Assembly (NCBI GenBank): GCA_021613535.1
Contig: CP075497.1
Coordinates: 10,106,001 to 10,170,000, forward strand
DNA length: 64,000 nt
Direction of reading: 5' to 3'
Origin: Adineta vaga
Taxonomy: Eukaryota; Animalia; Rotifera
Shown here: positions 28,897 through 40,939 of the stretch, in pieces
Position numbering within the stretch: the first letter of the stretch is position 1
How the letters are laid out: each line of letters opens with the position of its first letter
Notes under the pieces: model-generated
What the model saw: the letters and a program-made list of their open reading frames with translations, nothing else
The model's database searches: none
Told to the model about the DNA's origin: nothing
Program-made: the position numbers and the translations under genes

Positions 28897-31122
28897 ATGA
28901 CAACAGTTAATATTCTTGGTCGACTTCGAATAGCAACTGAAGAAGTGCGAAAAGTTCAATCAAATCTAGCTAAAAGTGGTAAGTGATAATTTGAATGAAT
29001 CATTGACGATATTAGATCGTCGATGATAAGAAGAAGACGAAATTTTTGATTGTTTTCTTAATTTTTACTTTTCATTCTCTTTTTTTCAAGGTTCATCAGA
29101 TCAAGTGGAAATCTTGAGTAAAGTTGGAAAAGAGCTTGATGGTACGTCAATAACATATTCTTTTTTTTTCTTCTTCGAATACTCAAATTACAATTGAATG
29201 AAAAGACAAGCTCATCTAACACTTACGAATGAATGGTTTCAAATATTCTCTTCTACTTTTCTTCTTTAATCGGGAATATAAATTATCAATCAACACTTTC
29301 ATCCTCTTCTCTTTTTACTGACAAAATATAATTTAATCTTCTTCTATATTGTTTATTTAAATATTAAAAAAGGCCTTTTTCTTTTTTAGGAATTCTTTAT
29401 AATCTCGTCGAGATTCTTTCCGACGATACGCGACAAAGTGAAATTAATATTACATCAAATGATGGACAAATTAGTAAATGGTTAGAGCAAACATTTTCTT
29501 CAAAACAAACTCGATCAACAACAGCTGCTGGACGATTTGAGTCTATTAAAGCTATCATTCAAGCTTCATCATTTGTTAATGCTCTACAACGACAAATGCG
29601 CCAGAATGCTAAAGAACGTTTAACAGCCATGCTTGATTTACCTGTTGACATACAGAAATTAAATTTATGGTCATTTAATACGATGGACTATGAAGATCCA
29701 TTGAATTTTTCGATTCTGTTAATATTTGATGCACATGATCTTGTCACACGATTCCGTATTGATATTGAAACATTAAAAAACTTTAATCGAGCATTGGCTG
29801 ATGGTTATCAGAGTATGTAGAAAGAATAGAAGGAAAAGAATTCCTTTTATTTTTATTTATTTGAATATAGAATTTCGTGCTCCGTATCATAATGATTTTC
29901 ATGGTGCCGATGTTCTTCAAACAACACATTGTCTATTAATAAAAAGTAATTTAATGAATGTTTTTACTCAACTTGAAATTGCTGCATTAGTAAGATAAAC
30001 AAAATCATTTATTCATAAGTTGTTTTTCTTCTTCTATCGATAGTTATTTGCAGCTGCAATACATGATTATGAACATCCCGGCTTGAATAATGGTTATTTA
30101 GTTAAAACAAAAAATGATTTAGCTTTAACTTACAATGATTTTAGTGTTTTAGGTAAGAAGAAACTAAAATAAATAATGAGAATACATAGACAAATAGATC
30201 AATTTGAAGCATTAGAAATGACATGATAGACTAAATAACAATCGAAAACCTTTGAAATGCTTTTAATGAATAAACAATTGAAAATATTCGAGATATTCTT
30301 CTTAAAATACAAATCAATTGATTTTTATTTCTTAGAAAATCATCATGCAAGTTCAGTTTTCAAATTATTACGTGATAAACGTTACAATATTTGGTCTCAT
30401 ATGAATACCAACGAATATCGAAGTTTCCGTTCATTAGTAATCTCACTTGTACTTGCTACTGATATGGCCAATCATGCGTCATTAGTTGAACGTATGTCAA
30501 CATATTTTTTCTTTAAAGAAACTAATGCCACAACAACATCTGCCGATTCGAAGACTCTTCTTCAAACATTATTACATGCAGCTGATATATCGAATGCAGC
30601 TAAACCATGGCCAATTTATATTCATTCCGCTGAAAAAATCATGGAAGAATTCTTCATTCAAGGTGATTTAGAAAAGATAAATTATCAAGATGATAAACCA
30701 ACATTTGATCGAGAATCCACCGATATTGTACAGTTACAAATCGGTTTTATTAGACATATTGTTCATCCTACTGTAAGAAAAACGTTTCATTCAAGAATAT
30801 TTATTCATACATTTTCCTTTAGTTCGATGTTTTATCTAAAGTTCTTCAAATTGATTCTCTTGATGAGAATCAAAAAGAACCAACGATAACAGCAACAGCT
30901 CCTCTATCTCAATGTACAATTCCATGGCAATATGATTTACAATTAAATTTAGAAACATGGAAACAAGTATCACAACATGCTGATATGCAACAAATCATTT
31001 TAAATCGTAAACCTTTGCAATTAAATCTTGATTATTTACGAGAATTTGTTGAAAAAGCAAAAATATGTCTAAAAAAACGTTCACAACATGATCAATTACT
31101 TAATCAGACGCTTCCCTCATGA
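28897..31122 (+). CDS. Ca2+/calmodulin-dependent cyclic nucleotide phosphodiesterase (PDE1-like)
   Basis: PDE1 N-terminal region KWLEQTFS..RFESIKAIIQASSFV. Catalytic motifs PYHNDFHGADV, AAIHDYEHPG, YND.SVLENHH, VLATDM, LHAADISN, EEFFIQGDLE and QIGFI. Stop TGA ends at 31122. Confidence 0.9.
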
Positions 31123-31563
31123 TCATCTTGATTGTTTATAGAATATTCCTCTCTCTCTATCTTTCTCTTTCTTTTTCTAGTCATACATCTTTTATTTTTT
31201 TTGTGTTTTATTCTTGTAATATTATTTTTTGCTAATAAGAAAAAGGACGGAAATATTTTTTTTTAATTTAAACAAAAACTTAACAATGCATAAGTGTTTT
31301 CTTGTTAAAATCATAAATTTTGAAGACTAGATATTGTACGAAGAAGAATAGTACATTCATTTGATATAAATGTTCACTTTTTTAATTATAATTTGTTCGA
31401 GGATAAACAATTAAGTAATGAGCCAAGAATTTTCTTCAAAATTCATCAACCATTCTTTTACTTAAAACATTTAAATATATATATGAAAATAAAATATTTT
31501 CTCGTCATTTCAACAGTTACTTTACACCAAGAAACAAGTAGGTTTTTCTTTCATTTGATAAGA

Positions 31564-32345
31564 ATGGCAGGAGCAAAATTCAGTAGTTATACTTGCTCTG
31601 CAACGATTTTATTCTTGGCTATAATCTTTGGTTTAGTCAATCAGGCTCAATATGTAAATATCTGTTTCTTTAAATATATTATGTTTCTTAATATTTCTCT
31701 TCCCTACAGGCAAATGCCTATGCCTATTGTCAATATTACAAACCGAATGATCCGTGGGCTTATATAAAACCGTAAGACCTAGCTTGTTCTATTTTAAAAT
31801 AATCATTCTATTCTTAGATGCCCGAATACTTGCTGCCCATTGACTAAAAATACACGAATCAATACAACATGCTGTAATCCTGTAACAGTTTATACAACAA
31901 TAACAACAACATACACAGTTTTTGGATATAGCTGGTGGACAGTGTATATGATTTTTATACATAGAAAATATATATATTTAAATATTTTACTTCTAGTCTT
32001 CTTTGTGTCATCTGTTGTTTTACAATACTTTGCATATTATGTCAATCTTACAAACGCATCTGTGGTTCTAAACATGGAAAACGTTTTAGTACATTAATAA
32101 TAATGTTCCATTTAAAGATTCTTTCTTTTTTTATTTTCTCATATTTAGATGCAGCTGTTGACCCTGAAGCAGCTTTTACAATTTCCAAAGCAATTGAAGC
32201 TGCTAATCCTGCTTGTAGTTATACCGTTGATAACGATACCAATATTTTAGATCAACCTCCAAGTTATTCAACTAATATTTCAACAACACCATCACCACCT
32301 CCTTATGTGACCGTCGATGGACCAATGAAGAAAACTTTGGAATAA
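31564..32345 (+). CDS. Shisa-like/STMC6-type single-pass membrane protein with cytoplasmic PY motifs (WBP1/VOPP1/CYYR1/TMEM92-like architecture)
   Basis: Five small exons give a signal peptide, ectodomain YCQYYKPNDPWAYIKPCPNTCCPLTKNTRINTTCC (C..C..CC..CC), a Cys-rich TM segment (WWTVLLCVICCFTILCILC) and a tail with PPSY and PPPY. Confidence 0.75.
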
Positions 32346-32624
32346 ATATTTTTTCCATATATTATATGTGCACAAAAAACAAGAAAAAACAAGCATTCAA
32401 AGACAGACAGAACTAGAAGAAGATTATTGCAATGCGACAAAGAAGAGAAAAAAACGAGAGCAAGAGAGAAAGAGGTGTGTGTGTGTGTATGTGTATAGAA
32501 TATGATGAAATGCAATAATAAACAAAAAAAAGACGAGAAAAAAGAACGGATTTTCTTTATTTTTTTTTTGAAATCTTATCAGTTCATTGAGATTCGAATA
32601 TGTGACTGTATTTGAATCGATTGT

Positions 32625-35600
32625 TTAAGAATGAATTGGTGATGAAATATCTTCATCTTCTTCCGATTGAATTGATGGTGAACAACTATCAGGTTGTTCT
32701 TCATGTTGAATAGTATCATCTTCATCAACATTAGTTTGTTGCAATGAAGAATTTGTTGTCGATGTCGTATGTGTCGATGAAATTGATGATGAACGACGTT
32801 GATTTATCATTGAATTTGTTGCTTGACAATTATTTGTATTTGTTGGTAATAAACGTTGAAATAAATCCATGGTATGTTGTTGATGAAAAGCCGCAGCAAC
32901 AGCAGCTGCTGTTACGGCTGCATTACTAATTAATTGCGTTGGATTAGTTGATGTGGCTGATTGAATTGGATAATCATTTAATGATGTATCATCATCACCA
33001 GATAAATCTTCTAATGGTAAACCACGTTCATGTTTGGTTAGATGACGTTCGAGATTTGTTTGTTGAGCAAAACGTCGATCACATAGATGACATGGAAATT
33101 TCTTTTCTCGATTATGAATATTTCGAATATGACGTTGAAGATTAGATGAAATTGAAAATGATCGTTCACAATATTTGCAACGATATGGCTAAAAGATGAA
33201 AAGTTATTTCATGAGAGATGGAAGAGAAATTTTAAAAAATGCTTACTTGTTCGCCTGTATGTGTTCGTAAATGTCGCGTTAAATTCGCTGAACGCGGAAA
33301 AACTTTACCACAATAAGAACATGTATATTTATCTTTGTTATTTAATCGGGTATTTAAATATTGTAATTTATTTGCTGTTTGATGCGGCCAATTTTCATAT
33401 GGATTAGTATTTGTATTTGAATTGTTGTTGTTGTTGTTGTTGTTTTTATTGTTATTATTATTATTATTATTATTGGTTGTTGATGGAGATGATGAAGATG
33501 TTGGAGGATAGGAAAGTGCTGCTGATTGTTGATGATAGAAATTATTCAAATGTTTGATCATATCAAATTTTAAATTAGATTTTGGATTTTTAACATGATT
33601 TAATAGAGAATCAACATTATATTTTGATGATGATGATGATGATAATTTTTGTTGATGAACAGAAGGAGATTTTATTTCACGTTCAGGTGAAGATGATTTT
33701 GATGTTACTGGTGATTGATCAAAACGAGATTTTTTTATACTTAAATCCAACGGTGTATCTTCATTATTTGAACGTTTAGTTGATTGTTCTTGTTTTGGAC
33801 TATTTGATTTTGGAGTTGAAGAATTTGTTTTCTCTTCAATAGAATTAGCAGGAGATAAATCAATTGAATTAGGGGTTGACGAAGAAAATGTTTGAGAAAA
33901 GAAAGGAGATAATGCTCCATTAAGAAATGGATTTAATCGTGGTAGATAAGGAAGAAGTGAATAGGGAAAATTTGAATTCCATAACCAATTATTCATTTGT
34001 TCTTTATTTAAAGACATGCTTGGGAGTGGTGGCGGTGGTGGTGGTGGTTGAGGTGCAGCAGAAGTTGGAATTGATAAAGGAGATTTCGAAGAAGGATGAT
34101 TAAATGAACTTATATCGCCACAGAAACGTCTAGATAGAAGAAGAAAAAAACCAATTAGAATCAAATTCAACTTGAGAATTTCAACGTTCTTATCGATGAA
34201 CTTACCGGTGTTTATTAAGTGCAGCACTGTTCGAAAATGTTTGTCCACAAAATCTACATTTAACTTGTGTACGACAATCAGCATGCATTCGTTTATGTCG
34301 ACAAAGATTAGAAAATTGTGTATAAGATTTAAAACAAACTTCACATTGAAATGGTTTGATTGAAGAATGTATATGCATATGTTGTTTTAGACCACTGGTT
34401 GTTGCAAAAGATTTTCCACATTCTCGACAAGGATGATGATGATTAGTATTGGAATTATTATTTTGACTGGAATTGTCTAACTCAGAATCTGAATTGGAAT
34501 ATTGTAAACTAGGTGTATTATCGTCGTATGTTGGTGAAACCTAAGAAGAAGAAGAAGAAGAAATGAACAATAAGGTGATATGATAATTATTGTTCATCAA
34601 AATGTGAAAGAAGAATAGAGAGACGATGAATGAAATTGAATGCTTAATGTTTACTTGTGTCCGATCTTCTTTTTCTATATCGTCGGTGCTACTTGTCAAA
34701 TTCAATCATCGAAGTTAGAGCGGATGTGATAAAGACGATGCCGATGCCGATAGTCAACAATCAGCTCAGCTCAACTCACTCATTCAATAAGAATAATAAC
34801 ATGAAAAGAATCTGAAATTAACTGAACAATCGCATTCTCTCTCTCTCTTTTTCTTTATACATATATGTATATATGTATATATATATGATTCCATCACGGA
34901 GGGACGGCGTCCCGTGTGTAATTATGTTTTTTCGTCCGTGCGTTGTATACAGGTGAGACGCGAAAGAGCATCAGGCGATACCGACAACAAACAAAACAGA
35001 TTCTTTATTAGTTTTCTCTTGATACATATTGCTCATTGTCACACACTCATACGCATACTTCTAATTTTTGACAAGACACTCCAAACTTGATGACAATATG
35101 TATATAACATAAAAACTATGTAGGCGATAATCGGAGAGTAAAGGTGTGAAAGGCGGTCAGTTAGCTATTGTCGATCAACTCTTCTTCTTCTTCATATTCT
35201 CTCTTCATTCACACCTCATTTTCAGAGCAAAGTAATTATCACTGAGTTTGTATGTGCGCGCGTCTGAAAACATGATGAGTCAAGTAGGACCACCTAGGTG
35301 AGAGAACATGATTGTGTTAATCCGCCTTCTTATACAACAATAAAAACTAACAAATATGCTTTTTCTCAGACAACAAATTCTTTCGAAGATTTAATATCTT
35401 CGCCAAAGGCTTCATTTTATCTTATTGTTCGATGCTCAGTCGTTTCAATTTCTCAAAGGTTGTCCAATATCAAACAAATGATATGTGATGCGATGGACAA
35501 TTTAAATTTTCTCTCTTCTCTTCTCTTTGCGCCAGAAAGCAGACTTTTATGAACATCGGATATTTTTTTCAAATGATCATGATGATGATGATAATACAAA

Positions 35601-38105
35601 TATAGATTGACTTCGTGCGGCACTGTTCAAAAGCATCGATATGTACACACCTCTGCCGTAAAGGTCAATGACCTGACTCGTCCGAGAATATAAAAAAATA
35701 ACGAATATGTCGAACCATCAAAGTCAACAGATTGAGTAGTTAGGATGATATTCGACCCGATAGAGTGAGAGAGAGAGAGACGCAAAAAAAGGATCCAATC
35801 GTTGGTCACTCGATCAAAATGTAATAATCCATTGATATACACCTTCTCTTTATGTTTGAATGTATTGTTACTAGCGATCGATCACTTTTTTTACTAGACT
35901 ATATACACACGACACTCATTTTTCATTGAGTTCGATTCGATGAGCAGGAGGAGCTCTTGTCGTTGTATGGTCCTATGCAGACGATTAATCGAGGAATTTC
36001 TTTCTTTTTTTTTTCGAGTAATAACAATCATACAATATACACGCATGAGATGAAAAACGGGAACTCTCTCATTCATATTTGATCACCATTAGTGTCAACT
36101 CACTCAATATGTGGGATGTCAATAAGATGAAGAAGAAGAAGAAGAAAAAAAAGAAAGAGAAGGACGGAACACGAACATACAATAAATTCTATCCAATTGA
36201 AAAATATTCCATACCTGCATACTGTATTTATTAATCCATCTGTCAAAAAAAGATAACCATCTAACTGTTCAAATGACTATGTTAAAATGAAATATACAAA
36301 AGACACTCTTTCTTCTTTTATATGAGTATAGAGACGCGTTTTTTTTCTCTAATTCGATTTTATTCCTATTGGTTCTATTGGTAAATCCGCTGATAATTGT
36401 CTCGTGTTATATTGTCGACAAGACAAGCTTTTAAAAGATTTTTCTTCGTATATGTCCACCCCATATTCATCAAACATGCAAACGGGTTTTTCTTCATCTC
36501 GTTTTTTTTAATGATAAAACATTTCTTCTTCATTTTCTTTTAAGACTTACTTTATTTGCATTCCAAATTGTATGTGTATAACCACTCTCTTGATCTTTAG
36601 TCACTTCGTCTTGTTGTTGATCATGAGGATAAATACTAAAAAAAATAAACGTGTATCATCTTATTTGATCTATGTCGTTTAATTAAAACCAAATGAAAAA
36701 CATTCAAGAAAAGAAAGTATAGAAATGAAAATGTGTGGATGGGATAAGAAATACGATCGAAATATTTCTTCGTCGTCTTCTTCTTTTTCTTCTCATTGCT
36801 GTTCGTCCAATGACATGATTCTCGAATATAAGTGACACTCGCTTTTTCTTCTACATGTCTATTGTATTTTCAAACGTAAAACAGATGTTGCTACTGGTTT
36901 TCTTTTCGCATTAAGATGAAGTAAACGAGCAAAAAAGAAAGAACGAACTTTGATGTGTCAAAAATGTGTCTCATTCCATATGTTTTTTTTTAAATAAAAA
37001 AAAGAAGATGTTCAAACACGCTATGAACTAGACCAGTAAATTATCGAACACGACAGTAACGATCTACGCATCATAGACTATATACTCTTATCATATCTTT
37101 CAATGAACTTCAGGTTATTAAACAAAAAAGCATAAATCTTTTTAACGTATAGGTAGTCATGTTTATCGAACTAGTTCTCATCCACGTATCCATACGCACA
37201 TATACACTCACACATAGACACATATATACACATAGCTCATTAGTATTGAACTCTTCGGGACGGGTTTTTCAAAGCGAAGATATCAACATGTCAGCATATG
37301 TGCTCATATAAGTGAACGACAGATAATGATAAAGTGTGTTTGGTGTCTTTCTCTCTCTCTCTTTATGTTTGTCGATCAATTTGTTTGAATCGGGTGCGCA
37401 TATAAACTAAAAAGAGAGAAAGAAAATTCGACGACACCTGTTCTTCTCACCACCATCATCATCATCATCAATGTGTGTATATATATCGATGATAATTGAT
37501 TATAGGAGTGAAGTCATCAAACGAATAAAACATGCGTTTTATCATTAGTCATTCGATGCGTGTATGTCATCAATTATCAACATACGTCTTTTTTTTAATA
37601 TTAATTTACCTGTTGCATGAATCTTCGTCAAGATCGTCGTCGTTTTCGTCAGTACCTATGTCTTCGTTGTTGTTATCCTCGTCTTCTTCGATTGCTTCGT
37701 CGTCTTCGTCTTCGTCTTCTTCTTGATGATGATGATTCGAATGATCAATCGGCGAACTGGTTCTTCGATTTGATTTCGTGTAATTGAGAAATGAATTTGT
37801 TGCAAATAGATGATGATTGAATGGTGTTGTTTTATTATTTGTATTTGAATTGAAATCTACTAGTACAATGAAAACAAAGATGAGTACAAAGTGATAAGAA
37901 ATTGAGTGAGAAAGAGAGAAACAAAGACAAAATGTTCTTATCAAGAAGTCAAGCATTGAATGCATATTGATAGCATGACCCGAATGTCAAGTGTATATGA
38001 AAAAAAAAGAGCGAGATGGGAGAAGGGAGAGTAGAATAATTTTTTCTTGTTCATCGAAAATATCATACCTGTTCGAATTGTTTCAACGACAACACGAGTG
38101 TTCAT
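32625..38105 (-). CDS. Evi1/MECOM-PRDM16 (hamlet/egl-43) C2H2 zinc-finger transcription factor
   Basis: N-terminal cluster [65 protein letters not shown]. CtBP motif PLDLS. C-terminal cluster [52 protein letters not shown]. The 5' exons (38069-38105, about 37609-37859, about 36551-36635) join in frame, but the true start is uncertain (alternative first exon about 38998-39116). Confidence 0.9.
33420..33474 (-). repeat. Coding (AAT/AAC)n poly-Asn tract in the Evi1-like gene
   Basis: Encodes [18 protein letters not shown] just before the C-terminal zinc-finger cluster. Confidence 0.85.
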
Positions 38106-40921
38106 TGCGCATGCAGCTTACATTCGACAATATTGTCGATGAGATTTTTCTGTATATTCTAAAATAAGAGAAAGAATAAGAAAAAAAAAGAAAAGACTTT
38201 TCTCTCTTCGGAATAACCAATCAAAATACAACGATGTCACACAAGTGTCTTTCTTGCTCATCCTTCCGTCGAATACTATTCGTTAAAATCTTCGACATTT
38301 TTCTCGTTCTTTCTTTTTTTTTCTTCTTCTCCTCTTTACTTTACTTTACTTTATTCTATGTTGATGCCTGTCAGTCTTTTTTTCCTGCTGGTTGCTAAGA
38401 ATAAAAATAATATATGAGAAAAAGAAGAAAAATGATGATGAAGGATGGGCGTATGTGTGTTTTTTGTCAAGATAGAAAATGACTGAGACGAGAAAAAAAC
38501 CGAGCAAAAAACTAGGTTTTACTGTTTCCGTTTTCCTGGTGGACATGCACACCTGCTAGGGAGGGAAGAAAAAGAGAGAAGGCTCACTTTGATGTATGTG
38601 TAGTGAACAAACACTAACAATAACGATGCCATCAATTTTTTTTCCTACTCTCTCTCTCTCTCATTTTCTCGGTCTTTTTGCTTTTGCTACAATGCAACAT
38701 CACCGCCAGCTGGTACTCTAGCTCAGCGGCTAGTCAAGCTCTATGATAAATCTTCTATTTCCCATTTGGGAGCTTCCTTCCCTATGTGCATACACGCGCA
38801 AAGGGATGAGAACATAACGATGGAGACAAAGAAAGACACTTAATATATTTTGACACCATTGTCTATCTCACCGTGCGTTCACGTTCACAGAATGAAAATG
38901 AGAATTGAGATCACCATCATCATACTATATGATGATCGATAGCAGTCGACAATAACGACAACGAACGAAGAAAAGGAGAAGAAGAAGAAGAAAAAACCTA
39001 TTTAGGTGAGCGTATGCGCTTGGGTACTGACGTATAGATTGTTGATGCCGGTATGGATCCCCAAAGAGCTCATCATCATCTCGATTACGGAAACGATGAA
39101 GATGATTAAAATTCATCGACCGTAGATATTAAAGCTCATCCGTCAAAAAAAAGAGAAGAGAGTGAGAAAGACAAAAAAAACGATGGAAAAATATCAGGAT
39201 AGCTAATTTGACAAGAGACTCTTGAGGAAGTCGAAGAAAGTCGGAAATAAGAGTTTTGTTATCTACATTTTGCATACATACATACGTACACACACACATA
39301 CGTTATATGAAAACTTTAAGTGGAGAAGAGAAGACAGTCTACTACTCGTCGTCGTCTCTTTTTCACGCGTCATGATATGAGCCTCTTATATTTTTATTTC
39401 TCTTTCTCCTTCTCTTACTCTCTCTCTCTCTCTTTCTCGATGATTGATTTGATTCAAACGAAGAGGAGGTGAGTGGTTGCAACCGTACAACTGTTCTCTC
39501 TATTTCTTCAAATATATATATATGTCTCCGAACACTACCTCTAGTGTCAATAACTAATGATTATGTCAATAGACAGAGCTGAGTTGTTATTGAAAAAAAT
39601 ACATCTATGAAAAATTCATTTATAATCAATAAAGTATATTGCATCTTGTTGATGAGTAAAGACTTAAAACGAAAAAGAAACCTAAGTTGTTAAAAAAACG
39701 AGCAAAAGAAAACGGAGAAGAGAACGAAGAAAAAATCGACGTTTTTAAAAAAATAACAATAACATAGCAAGAGACACTACCTTATCAAAATATCACTATG
39801 TCACAAATCGTTTGTAACAATGAAGAATAAGTGAGAGAAATAGAATAAAAAAAAATCGATCCAATTGATTTCCTGTGTCACTCTAAAAAGGAAATGGACA
39901 CCGTCAAAAAGCTTGAGGCACCGTTTTGTACGTTGATGCTGTAGGAAACATTGCTTTTTTTCTTCTCGTTGTTGTTTTTGTTGACATGTGATTAGACAAT
40001 GAATTTTTACCTTTACATCAAATTAGCATATGTATATCACCTTGTTGTCTTTTCGCATCGTGACCCTTTTCTTTTTCTTACCTGAATATATTTGTATATG
40101 TGAATATATGGATGAATGTATATGTATGTTGCTACTGTTGCACTTGAACAACAAGATCGTCGTATGTTATTACTGCTGTTACAACTTTCTTTTATGCGTT
40201 TTCATCTGTCTATATATATATATGTGATTAAGAGTCCGGGACTAGTGATAGTGTTCGGAAAAAAAAGAGAGAAAAACCTCTTTTTTTCTTCTTTCTCGCT
40301 CTTTTTCGATCGTATTTGATTGATGCGATATTTGACGACGACGTCCTATCTCCCTTTTCTTTCTCTTGTCGGTGAGATTCTATTTGCTCGCTAAATGCAT
40401 ACTCGACGAATTGTGATTCGACAAAGAGAGAAAGAAAGACAGAGAGAACGAGACAAGATAATTGCGTACATTATTGGAACAAGTGAAGCTGCTACACTAC
40501 ATCAGAACAAAACGACGGACGGTAGAGAAGAAGAAGAAGAAGAAGAAGGAGAAGGAGGGACGAGTGGGGAAATCATTTTTTACTTCTACTACTAGCATCA
40601 CACAAAAAATAACACTCGCTGAATAAGGGAGAAGTAAAAATCTAGCACACAAGGGAGAGAGAAAATAAAGTGGGACGACGAGAACGGGGAGGAGGAGGTA
40701 ACTACCGTTTGTCAAGATTTTAGTGATCTTTTTTCTCTATTCTATCGATCGGTAGCCGAAACCATCTTCTCGACGAACGGGAAGAGAGAGAGAGGATAGA
40801 GAGAGAATGAACTGATAACCGAGCAAGTAAAGTAAAAAAATCGTTGAGAAGTGAAGATGTCATTCGATCTTAATGATTTCACTCTCTTTCTGAGAGTTTG
40901 AACACACGGTGATGAAGACGG

Positions 40922-40939
40922 ACGCGCGCGCGCGCGCGT
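40922..40939. repeat. (CG)8 perfect alternating tract (self-complementary)
   Basis: acgcgcgcgcgcgcgcgt read directly. Confidence 0.9.

Noticed and set aside
28615-28903. Poly-Arg (protamine-like) and poly-Phe ORFs
   Set aside because: Artefacts of an (AAG)n microsatellite upstream of PDE1.
34895-34916. GC-rich hairpin (gggac-ggc-gtccc) as a possible Helitron 3' end
   Set aside because: No CTRR terminus at the expected distance on either strand and no associated repeat.
38713-38780. tRNA/SINE-like A-box (TAGCTCAGCGG)
   Set aside because: No B-box (GGTTCGA) or cloverleaf follows, so it cannot be supported as a tRNA or SINE.
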